This document shows positions 53,528 to 64,000 of a stretch of 64,000 nt of DNA, piece by piece; position 1 is the first letter of the stretch; every line of letters starts with the position of its first letter. This DNA is from Alphaproteobacteria bacterium (GTDB lineage Bacteria > Pseudomonadota > Alphaproteobacteria > UBA8317). Under the pieces are notes generated by a model. It was not told the origin of the DNA. It was given only the letters and a program-made list of their open reading frames with translations, and searched no databases. Both the position numbers and the translations under genes were made by a program. The DNA lies in assembly GCA_038131935.1 (NCBI GenBank), contig JAYPQH010000032.1, forward strand, positions 160,001 to 224,000, read 5' to 3'.

Positions 53528-54601
53528 ATGAGCGTATATAAAATTGCCGCTATCCCGGCAGACGGTATCGGAATTGAAGTCATTGATGCAGGCTTGCAAG
53601 TCCTCGAGAGTTTGGCTGAGCGTGATGGTGGCTTCCAATTGGACGTTACCCATTTTGATTGGGGATCTGAGAGATATAAAAAAACCGGGAAATTCATGCC
53701 AGATAATGGACGAGACGAACTGCAACGGTTTGACGCCATTTTCTTTGGCGCTGTTGGTGCGCCAGATGTCCCTGATCACATAAGTTTGTGGGGCCTCAGG
53801 CTTCCTATTTGCCAAGGGTTTGACCAGTACGCGAATGTTCGCCCGACAAAAATCTTACCTGGTATAAAAACACCACTTGCCGATGTCGGACCTGGAGATC
53901 TTGACTGGGTGATTGTTCGAGAAAATTCAGAGGGCGAATATGCAGGCCATGGTGGCCGTGCACATCGTGGATTTCCTGAAGAAGTTGCGACGGAAACCGC
54001 TATATTTACGCGCGCGGGCGTTTCCCGCATTATGCGTTATGCGTTCACCTTGGCGCAGTCGCGACCTCGCAAACTGCTGACGGTGGTTACAAAATCAAAT
54101 GCGCAGCGCTTTGGGATGGTCATGTGGGATGAAATCGCAGCTGAATTTGCTCTAGAATTTCCAGATGTGACATGGGACAAGATGATGGTCGACGCCATGA
54201 CCATGCGCATGGTCAAAGATCCAAAATCTTTAGATACGATTGTTGCGACAAACCTTCATGCTGACATTCTCTCCGACCTTGCAGGTGCGCTTGCAGGAAG
54301 CTTAGGTGTTGCGCCAACCGCCAACATTGATCCTGAAAGACGCTACCCCTCAATGTTTGAGCCTATCCATGGTTCTGCCTTTGACATTGTAGGAAAAGGC
54401 ATTGCTAATCCCATTGCAACATTTTGGACTGCGTCCCAAATGCTTGATCACTTGGGCGAATCTAACGCAGCTATGCGCTTAATGTCTGCTATAGATCATG
54501 TATGTGCCCAGGGTATTTCCACACCTGATATCGGTGGAAATGCGACCACCCAAGAAGTCACTGATGCTATCTGTGATTATATTCGAACATCCAATTCATG
54601 A
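53528..54601 (+). CDS. ttuC: Tartrate dehydrogenase/decarboxylase (D-malate dehydrogenase)
   Basis: ADGIGIEV, PDHISLWGLRL, RENSEGEY, TKSNAQ, FEPIHGSAFDI. Confidence 0.9.
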   Translation: MSVYKIAAIPADGIGIEVIDAGLQVLESLAERDGGFQLDVTHFDWGSERYKKTGKFMPDNGRDELQRFDAIFFGAVGAPDVPDHISLWGLRLPICQGFDQYANVRPTKILPGIKTPLADVGPGDLDWVIVRENSEGEYAGHGGRAHRGFPEEVATETAIFTRAGVSRIMRYAFTLAQSRPRKLLTVVTKSNAQRFGMVMWDEIAAEFALEFPDVTWDKMMVDAMTMRMVKDPKSLDTIVATNLHADILSDLAGALAGSLGVAPTANIDPERRYPSMFEPIHGSAFDIVGKGIANPIATFWTASQMLDHLGESNAAMRLMSAIDHVCAQGISTPDIGGNATTQEVTDAICDYIRTSNS

Positions 54602-54658
54602 GGTAGACCGAAGGCTTTTTTGAATATGGCACCCACAATCTTAGCAAACGTTACATAG

Positions 54659-55591
54659 ATGCATATTTTGTTGGCAGGGCCAACCGGCCAGATTGGATCA
54701 GCCCTGCTTGCACAATTGCTAGTGGCAGGGCACCAAGTCACTGCCGCTACAAGAAAAGTTCCGTCTCATACAGCTTGCCAATATAAGCATGTTACCTGGA
54801 TTCATTATGAAAAACTTTTTGAAGACAAGTTTTTACCTCATAGCCCCATAGATTGGGTTATTTCTTGCGTTGCTTCACGAACAGGTGCACCATTGGATGC
54901 GAAGAAAGTTGATTTTGGACTTAATATCGAACTTCTTACCTTCGCCCAGAAGCATAAGCTAAAGGGCTTCATGTTGCTCTCTGCCATTTGCGTACAAAAA
55001 CCCAAATTAGCCTTTCAGGGAGAAAAATTAAAATTTGAAAAATGCCTAAGAGAAGCTGATTTACCATTCGTGATCGTCAGACCAACAGCCTTTTTTCAAT
55101 CCCTCTCAACACAAGTGCGCCGTTGTTACGACGGAAAGGTTTTTTACCTTTTTGGCAATGGGCACCTTACAGCATGCAAACCAATATCACCAAGTGATTT
55201 GTCCGCTTTTATGATTGGATGTCTCAACGACCAAACGAGGCACTATCAAATTCATAATATTGGTGGCCCGGGACCTGCAATAACACCAAGAGATCAAGTT
55301 AAATTGCTTGAAAGCATATTACAAAGATCTATAAAAACACGCTCTATATCACCCAAAATTTTTGATGTTTTACGTTGGTTTTTATGGCCCTTTTGTGCGG
55401 TTTCTTCACGCGCAAGCACCGCTCATGAGTACCTGCGGATCGCAAAATATTACGCAACAGAGTCCATGCTGGTCTGGGATTCTCAGACGAATACATACAA
55501 CGCTGATTTGACAGCCGAGACAGGTCAGGACACTCTTGATGCTCATTATCGAGACCTCATTGCAGGCTTTGAAACGGAGCGTAACGCGTAA
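54659..55591 (+). CDS. BciA/DVR-like NAD(P)H-dependent 8-vinyl reductase homologue
   Basis: CVASRTG, LLSAICVQKPKLAFQ, IVRPTAFF, FGNG..TACKPIS, IGGPG, YYATESMLVWD. Confidence 0.78.
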   Translation: MHILLAGPTGQIGSALLAQLLVAGHQVTAATRKVPSHTACQYKHVTWIHYEKLFEDKFLPHSPIDWVISCVASRTGAPLDAKKVDFGLNIELLTFAQKHKLKGFMLLSAICVQKPKLAFQGEKLKFEKCLREADLPFVIVRPTAFFQSLSTQVRRCYDGKVFYLFGNGHLTACKPISPSDLSAFMIGCLNDQTRHYQIHNIGGPGPAITPRDQVKLLESILQRSIKTRSISPKIFDVLRWFLWPFCAVSSRASTAHEYLRIAKYYATESMLVWDSQTNTYNADLTAETGQDTLDAHYRDLIAGFETERNA

Positions 55592-55625
55592 GTTGGGTTT
55601 TGCTCAGGCACGGAAGGGACAATGT

Positions 55626-56153
55626 ATGCAGGAAGATGATACAAAACTCAAAACGCCCCCACAAACAGAATATTCCATATTGCAACAGAGGGAAATCGAA
55701 GCGCATATCCTCAAAAACGTCTTTGTTATTGCCTCTCAACGTTGGGGCGAACAAGCCGCGAAAGAATTGATCGCTGAGACATGTGCGCAAGCGGCAATAG
55801 AGCATGGACAACATCTTGCACAAGAGAATGGGAAGATACCTAATTTGGAAGATTTCATGAATATTCTTCCTCGCTGGACTGCAGGAAACGCCCTTGAAAT
55901 TGAAGTTCTCGAATCAAGCGCCACCAAACTGCATTTCAATGTTACGCGCTGTCGTTATGCTGAATTGTACAAGGATTTAGGTCTTCAAGATTTGGGACCA
56001 TTGCTAAGTTGTGAGCGGGATGGGCGTTTTTGTGAAGGATACAACAGGGACATTGTCTTTCAAAGAACCCAAACCATCATGCAAGGCGCCAGTCATTGTG
56101 ACTTCAAATATGACATGCCCTCCACGGGAAATAATGAAGAAAGCCAATCTTAA
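55626..56153 (+). CDS. ATC (L-2-amino-thiazoline-4-carboxylate) hydrolase family protein
   Basis: QREIEA, FNVTRCRYAE, LLSCERD, RTQTIMQGASHCDF. Confidence 0.8.
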   Translation: MQEDDTKLKTPPQTEYSILQQREIEAHILKNVFVIASQRWGEQAAKELIAETCAQAAIEHGQHLAQENGKIPNLEDFMNILPRWTAGNALEIEVLESSATKLHFNVTRCRYAELYKDLGLQDLGPLLSCERDGRFCEGYNRDIVFQRTQTIMQGASHCDFKYDMPSTGNNEESQS

Positions 56154-56223
56154 TAACTCACAGAAATACAATCATATTCTTAGCAAAATGTCAGAATGCA
56201 AAACCATAAAATACTTCTGCTAT

Positions 56224-56240
56224 CTGGCATGGTATGTGCA
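56224..56240 (+). promoter_or_regulatory. Candidate sigma54 (-24/-12) promoter for the giant protein gene
   Basis: CTGGCATGGTATGTGCA with exact GG-N10-GC spacing. Confidence 0.45.
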
Positions 56241-56459
56241 CAAATCTTGTGTAAAATTTACCGAACCGAGAGGTATGCGATCTTGAAGCCCGCTGCATAT
56301 GTGAATGAGTACAAAGTTTTGAAAATGAATTGCTCTTTGCAAGGACAACAGGATAGCTGGCCAGGTACCGGCCCACATTGCTTCACCACAATGTCATCTC
56401 ATAGGTTGGAAAGTAGGCAAAGATACGTCGCCGTTAAGACAGCAAAAATGGAACATCAC

Positions 56460-59400
56460 ATGGATTACAACATGGCAGAATTACAGAAATATAAAAAACA
56501 AAAAAGCTGGAAATCCAATTTTTGGTTTTTGTCTTCCACGTCGATAATAGCTTTTGCAGCCATGAATTCTTCTGTTGAGGCTCAGTCTTCCTCAACAAAT
56601 ATCATTGGTGAAAGTGGCTCTTACTGGTTGCCTCAATTTGATAAGATTGCATGGGTTCAACAGACAGGTCGCGGCCTTGAAATCAAACTATTTGATGGTG
56701 AAACCCTTCTGGTTCCACCTCAATATTTTGTCATGCGTGAACATGAAATCTTTGTAGGCGAAGCCTGGCTTCAAGAGAATGCCCCTGAATTCATGACACC
56801 TAAACAGACGGCTAAAGGTGATTTCTTAGCGCTTGTATCCTGTTGGCAGGGCAGTGAACGTTCATGGAAAAGTGGCATCAATGATTTTGGTCAAAAGCGA
56901 TCAGACATAGATTTTTACGCCAACCTCGAAGGAATCAAGGGGGGGGAATTTTTAGAAAACGGTCTTGCGCGGCTTGAACAATTTGATGGTGGTTATTTGA
57001 CCATCAACCCACAACAAAATGCCATGATCAACGGTACGGTTTATGTATCAGGATCTTGGTTGAAAAATATTGCACCTGATGTTGTAAGCTTGTCTCTTGA
57101 TAAAGCTGAGGGAAGCCTAGGGTCCATCATTGCCTGCGCGGTTGATCAATTACCACCACCCTCACCCCAAACAGAATTTGTCGTGGTTGAAAATCTTGAA
57201 GATGCCGTTTTGGTACCGGGTCAAGGTGCAGAATTTTTTACCAAAAACGGTAAGCAACTATGGGCACCACTTGATGTTATTAGCACTGCTGGAGGTACAT
57301 TAACCGTCGACCAAGAATGGTTGAATAGCGTGGGTTACGATAATACGCTTCCACCGCCACCTCAACCCACAGTGACATCTTCTGATCAGGCGTCATCTGA
57401 TGGAGGCTGGATGGGTATACTTGCAGGTGTTGCAGGTCTTGGATTGGGTGGCGCAGCACTTGGTGGAATGGGAGGAGGATCTTCATCCAGTGACCAAGCT
57501 GGCAACGCTGATGAACCTTTAACACCAAATTTTACATCCATTGTTTCTGAAAATGGCGAAGTGGTTACCGAAATCATAGACTTAGGAAGTTTACCAATTC
57601 AGATACAAGTGAACGAAAATGTCAGTGCGGGAACGTCAGCATTCCAAATACAAGCCGAAGATGGGAACACAGGCGCGACGATTTCTTACGCTATCACGGG
57701 AAAAGATGCCTCACAATTCATCATCAACAAAACAACGGGCAATGTTACCTTTAAAAACGCTCCTGATTATTAAAGCCAACAACAATACCAACTTTTGTGT
57801 TGGCTACAGATAACCTGAACAGAGTCCACAATCAAAAGTTCTCGTAAATATCAACGATCTTGACGAAGCCGGCAATGAGGCGCCTCAAGTCACTTTTGAA
57901 AATATTCAAATCATTGAGGAAACCAACGAAATTGGCACCTTAATATTTGAGGCGACAGTAAATGACGTTGATGAAAATGAGAGCTTTTTTTATCAAATCT
58001 CAGGCCCCGCAGAGGACTCATTTGCAATTGATGCTCATGGAAACATCACCAACCTCGTCGCCCTCGATTATGAGACAAAATCGAGCATGTGATCAAAGTT
58101 ACGGTGATAGATTCTGGGGGATTAAGTGCAAGTCAGGATGTCGCCATTGTTGTAAAACACATCTGTTGGCGATGTGACTAACAACACACCAGTTTCTATC
58201 TGATAATAAAACTTTTATTGCAGAAGGGATTAGCAACATTGTTTTGTTTAAACCTGATGTTCATGATCCAGATTCTGAAGCTTCATTATCCTACAGCATT
58301 TCAGGAAAAGATGCCGCATTCTTAGAAATCGATATAAATACTGGTTTTGTCTACCTTAAAGACAAAGAAGCAGCGAATTTTGAAACAAAACGACTCTACG
58401 AATATGTGGTTGAGGTCACAGATGGCATCATCGCTGAGCCGGTGGGTCATAGCATGCTCACAGAAGTTATTGATGGAAATGACATCAACCAAAACGATCA
58501 GCCAGAATTTGCAAGTGAGTCAACTTACAATATCCTTGGTTCGCCTAGCTTAGGCCAAGTCATTTACCGTGCCGGTATCTATGACGCTGATTCCAATGAC
58601 AGCCACACATTTGCCCTCACCGCAAATCCAGGAGCACCCCTGAATATTGACACAAAGACTGGTGCTGTCTCCATCAACAGTGCAGAATTGGGGGATGAAG
58701 AAATAGGCTTTAACTTTCGCGTGTCCGTTACCGACAGCGCGGGGGCAACTGATAGCCAGAATGTTGCTGTAAACTTTTCAGGTACATCAACTTATTCAGT
58801 AGGTGTGGCCAAAGGCATTCCTAGTGATGTCCAGGTCTTTTTTGACACCAATGGAGATCTTAGCCATACCCCTGGCATAGACTCCGACTTGGGCGTCGCT
58901 GATGCTGATGGTAATTTCACCTTGCGCATCAAAAATCTAGACAATGGTGTGCTTGTTATGCGTGCAAGCAATATATCAGAAGATCTAATCACCAACATTG
59001 ACATATCCGGCTTGGTTTTGACGGCGCCAGTTGGGGCTAATGTGATATCGCCCCTGACCACCTTGCTCAATGATATGGATGAGTCAAACCTCCTTTTGCA
59101 AAAGCTGGGTCTGTCTCCTGATATCAACCTCACAAATTATCATCCTTATAGCGATATGACTGCGGAAGCCGTTCTTGACCCAGAGCATGGTTTGGCATTT
59201 GAAAAGTTATCTTATCAAATTTTTAATATTATATCGCTGTTGCAAGATTATGGTGATGCGGCTGAGTTGTTACCTGAGAAAAGTGAAACATCATTCTTAA
59301 ATCTTCTTGGACAGGCGATACTGCAAAATGAGCAGGAAGTTGTCGACCTTTCAGACGTCGACACGCTGAATCAGTTGATTCTAGAGGTTCAATCTATCCC

Positions 59401-62400
59401 TCAAATACAACAATCTAACGTCGCAGATGATTTGCTAAACCTCTCGCTTGAAATGGGGGCCGTTGCCGTAGCGCAATTAAACAGCAAAATTGCAGATGCA
59501 GCAGATGAAACGACCTTCATTGACGTTATAACGAGCATTCTTCCTGAATATAACGCAGAAATTAATGAAAGCCTCACGCTGCGCAACCCAACCATAGAGA
59601 TCAATACCTTTGCTGGTAAAGGATATTTCACAGCATCAAAAACCACGCCTCACGCTTTAGATGGCTCACCACAGGATGACCTTTTTGAGTTGCGCGATAC
59701 CTTAGATGTTACAGATGTGGTCACTGGTGGTACAGGTCTTGATGAGCTGAGGTATACTGATACCAATAACGATGTGAACGAGTTAGACAACGTTACAGGT
59801 ATAGAGAGAGTTGTTTTTGGCAATGCCAATACTGTTCTTGTGACAAGGGATGTATTGGTACCAGATGGCGGGAGCATTGTATTTGATGCGACCAACATTC
59901 TTGCACCTAATGCATTGAACCTGGACACCCGTGCTGAAACAAATGGCTTTGTTACAGTACGCGCAGGAACCGGCGATGATGTCATTACAACCGGTCAACG
60001 TGACGATATCATTGATATGGGAGAATCCCTCAGCGCCGCAGATACTATTGATGGACAAGCAGGCGTTGATAGGCTTTTATTCACTGACAACAACAATGCC
60101 ATTGACGATCTTAATGGTGTAAAAAATGTAGAATATGTTGTGCTAGGAAACGCCACCACCAGGATTACGTCGTCTGATGAGGTTGTTGCTGCCAACGAAA
60201 CATTGCATATTGATGCAACCAACATCTTGGCGGACCAGTTTTTGGTGTTCGATGGTGGTGCGGAACTTGATGGACAATTTCATATTACAGCAAGCCAAGG
60301 AAATGACCAACTTACAGGTGGACAAGGTGATGATGCGTTTATTATGGACATTTATCTTACCAGTCTCGATCTCATAGATGGTCAAACAGGAACAGATAGT
60401 TTGGCCTTTACGGATTCAGGTGAGGCCACATCAGACCTAGATAATGTCCGAAATGTGGAAAATATTACACTCGGCAACGCAACAACTGGAAGTGGTTGCT
60501 CGTGATAGCCTTATTTCTGAAGGGGCAACCGTAAAGATTGACGCAACCTCTATTGATGTGACGAATAGCCTTACATTTGATGGCCGGGCAGAAACTGATG
60601 GTGCCTACATATTCACTTTAGGTGAAAGCAGTTTAGATGTTTCAACTGGTAGGGGTGATGATGAATTCATTCTGGAATCCATTTTAGACAGTGCAGACAG
60701 CATAGACGGTGGAGACGGAACAGACAGTATTCAATTTACTGATGGAAATGGCGCTGATGATGACCTCAACAATGTCAAAAATATTGAAAAAATTATTTTG
60801 GGCGATGCCGTCACCTCCATTGTAGCCACAGATGATTTGCTGTCATCGGGAGGACAATTGGAGCTCGATGCAAGTGCCCTCACCATAGCACATGGTTTGA
60901 ATTATGATGCATCTGCTGAGACGGATGGTCATTATTTGGTAACAGCGGGGTTAGGCAATGATCGGCTTGTGTTGGGTGCTGGAGATGACATCATCAAAAT
61001 GTCATCTCACCTCACACAAGCAGACGAAATCGATGGCGGCGCAGGCGAAGACCGTCTTGTTTTAAAGGATAATGACGAAAATAATGATTATTTGGACAGT
61101 GTGAGAAACATTGAAATCATTGAATTAGAAAATAGCGCCACGACCATTGCAACAATTGATGCACTCGTTGCAGAAAATGCACAAATCTTTTTTGATGCAT
61201 CAAAACTCACCTCAGAAAATAACCTCAACCTTAATGCATCCGAAGAAAGTGATGGACATTACCAAGTTCATGCAGGCCTCGGTAATGACATCATTCAATT
61301 GGGAACAGGGAATGACATTGTTAACTTTGGGCAAGGATTGAATAGCCTAGATGAAGTGAGCGGTGGCCTTGGTGAGGATCAACTTATTTATCGTGATAGT
61401 AATGAGGCCAGCGACGAATTAAACAACGTCAAAGGCTTCGAAAAGATCATTCTAGAAGATGCCATCACAGACATCGAAACGATAGATGAACTCATTCTGG
61501 CGAATGAAACGTTGACCATTGATGCACGTGCACTGTCTTCCAGAGCAACCTTACACTTGTTGCAACGGCTGAAGCTGATGGTCATTATATTGTATCAACA
61601 GGGTCAGGAAATGATAGACTTGTGATGGGTGCGGGAGATGACATCATTAACATGTCAACGCATCTCACCAAATCAGATATCATCGATGGTGGAACGGGAA
61701 CAGATACACTTACCTTCACAGACAGCAACAATGCTGCCGATGATCTTGATCAGGTGACCAATATTGAAACCATCACCTTGGGCGATGCCACTACCAATCT
61801 AACAATCAAAGATAGTCTTGTAGCCAACGGTGCATCCCTCACTTTAGATGCGAGCAACCTTACTTCCACCAACACCCTCACATTTGATGCCTCAGCTGAA
61901 TTAGATGGTAACTTTGTGCTGACCGGTGGTGCAGGTAATGACCAAGTAACAATGGGTCAAGGCACAGACCGAGTATCTCTTGGTATCGGTGATGACTATG
62001 TACATTTTGGTGCCTACCTCACAACAACAGACATTATTGATGGTGGCGCAGGAAGCGATACCCTTACCTTTACCGATAATGGGTTAGGCACAGATGAACT
62101 CGATAACGTCCGAAATTTTGAGTTCATTACTTTAGGTGACGCCAATACATCTATTGTTGCCACGGATGAATTAATCATTTCTGAGGGCAATATAACACTT
62201 GATGCGCGCAATCTCTCTGCAGCTCATGGTTTAAACTTTGATGCATCTGCTGAAACTGACGGTGATTACTTTGTGAGCACGGGAGCGGGAGATGACAGCC
62301 TGATCTTGGGCGGCGGGGATGATGTCATCAGCATGTCTACTCATCTAACACGCGATGATCAAATCGATGGTGGTGCGGGACAAAACACCCTTACCTTTAC

Positions 62401-64000
62401 GGATAATGGCGGGGGAACTGACGAATTGGACCAAGTCACCAACATTGCAAACATTATCTTTGGAAATGCCGCAACAGACTTGGTGATCAAAGATAGCCTT
62501 ATTGCAGATGATGCTTGGCTTAACTTGGATGCAAGATCGATTACATCTGGTTTCAGGCTAGACGCCTCTGCAGAGACCAACGGGAATATAATATTTGGAG
62601 GTAGCTCTTCTTCCGATATCATCATAGCCGGCAAAGGAAATTATCAAGCATTGCTGTCCTCTGGTAATGATGAAATTCATATGTCAAACCATCTTACAGC
62701 CGATGATTATATCGATGGTGGTCAAGATGGTGTGGACATACTCACCTTTGCCGACAATGGTGAGGGGACAGATGAATTGGCAAATGTGCGCCATTTTGAA
62801 ACAATCATTCTAGAAAATGCCAACACCGATATAGTCTTGACCAATAATGAACTTGTGGTGGCAGGCAAAACCATTCGGATAGACGCATCTGCCTTGGACC
62901 AAACCCATAGTTTGAGCATGAACCTTGCCAGTGAAACAGATGGTTATTTTGACATTACAGGTGGTCAAGGCGATGACGAATTTATTATGGATGCTCGTTT
63001 GTCTTCCGATGACCATGTTGATGGTGGAGATGGCATAGATACGTTGAGCTACTCTGATTTGGATGTGGACGATCTCACAGAACTAAACAATATCTCCAAC
63101 ATCGAAATTATCCGTCCAAATGATTTTACAACAAAAATTATTGCACCAGACAGATTATTGGATGACACCTCAACGTTGACAATTGATGGCTCACTCATCA
63201 CTCAGCCTAATTTTCTTGACTTTGATGCAACAGCCGAAATTGCAGGAAATTACATTATTGAGGGCAGTACGGGGGATGACATTCTCAAAACCGGAGGTGG
63301 TAACGATAATATTAATGGTAATGATGGGGATGATCTCATCCACACAGGAACAGGGATTGATGTTGTTACCGCAGGTTCAGGTGATGACAGTATAAATTTT
63401 GGAACAGATCTTACCCTAGATGACCGTGTAGATGGTGGCACGGGAACAGATACCCTCATATTCCAAGGTAATCTGAATTCCACTTCAGCGTTAGATCAAG
63501 TCACCAATGTTGAAGTCATCACTCTCTTGGCATCTTCCACAACACTGGTTTTAAAAGACACTGTTGTGCAAACAGGCGCCAACCTGAGCATTGACGCCAG
63601 CTCATTCGAATTTGGGCAATTGATAACCTTGGATGCCACAGGGAAACTGACGGTCATATTTCCCTCACATCTGGCTTGGGCAACGACATTATTTCTGCTG
63701 GTGGTGGAAATGACAGTTTTGAAACTGGCGGTGGCAATGATCAGATTGCGATGGGTAACAATTTGACCTCAGAAGATCTTATTGATGGTGGTACGGGCAA
63801 TGATACCCTCACCTTCACAGACAGCAACAATGCTGCCGATGATCTTGATCAAGTTACCAATATCGAAACCATCATCTTAGAGGACGCAGCCACCACGATT
63901 ACCGTTGTGGACAGTACCGTGGCTGCAGATGCCCGTCTGCATATCAACGCGACAGCCTTAACAGCTGGTCAGGTTTTAACTTTAGACCTCTCTGCTGAAA
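56460..64000 (+). CDS. Giant secreted Ca-binding adhesin/S-layer-like protein (cadherin-like domains plus RTX-like repeats); fragmented by about 9 breaks, runs off the window
   Basis: Consecutive + strand ORFs join into signal peptide, novel N-terminal repeats, about 4 cadherin-like domains (V.EN, DYE/NFE), an SPLTTL domain and GGxGxD-rich repeats; start could be 56448, 56460 or 56472. Confidence 0.8.
59670..64000 (+). repeat. 13 or more degenerate tandem protein repeats of ~109 aa
   Basis: Consensus LT..D.IDGG.G.D.L.FTD.....D.L..V.NIE.I.L..A.T.....D.L......L.IDA..L.....L.FDA.AE.DG...V..G.GND counted 13 times by eye (last one partial). Confidence 0.85.

Noticed and set aside
56196-56447. N-terminal 84 aa of the 525-aa ORF
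   Set aside because: Not protein-like, overlaps the candidate promoter and precedes the signal-peptide-like sequence.
295-63483. Many 60-160 aa antisense or alternate-frame ORFs in the track
   Set aside because: They shadow well-supported genes and lack RBS or motifs.
59670-64000. CRISPR array, DGR template or RTX toxin
   Set aside because: The repeats are in-frame degenerate protein repeats; no spacers, cas, reverse transcriptase, toxin or acyltransferase gene is visible.
1-64000. Mobile elements, prophage or defence systems
   Set aside because: No transposase, integrase, phage, restriction or toxin-antitoxin motifs recognised and no obvious compositional island.

Overview
Gene-dense, moderately AT-rich chromosomal window. 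Gene content (DUF1491, Coq7, TAXI/TTT/TRAP transporters, speF-type leader) points to a heterotrophic, probably marine, alphaproteobacterium; this is inference, no taxonomy search was run. About 55 genes: polyamine genes (speD, speE, ornithine decarboxylase with a structured leader); a ~36 kb organic-acid uptake and CoA-dependent catabolism region (8.1-44.4 kb) with three different secondary transporters, an IclR regulator, PimC/PimD-like dehydrogenases, a Cys-less thiolase/DUF35 pair, NadX, a lone CoA-transferase alpha subunit and an atypical 2-oxoacid dehydrogenase E1 joined to an RraA/HMG aldolase; purU with a betaine-type ABC transporter; Coq7; tartrate dehydrogenase; a BciA-like reductase; and the 5' part of a giant cadherin/RTX-like repeat protein that runs off the window. 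Fifteen ordinary genes are each split by one small indel, mostly in homopolymers, which I read as long-read sequencing errors. I saw no tRNA, rRNA, CRISPR or mobile element. Best leads: three unrelated solute-binding proteins all predicted to begin with Gly-Gly-His (a Cu/Ni ATCUN motif) after signal cleavage; the orphan E1 plus aldolase module; the orphan bciA-like gene; the speF-like leader; and the giant protein's architecture. All family calls come from motif recognition by eye.
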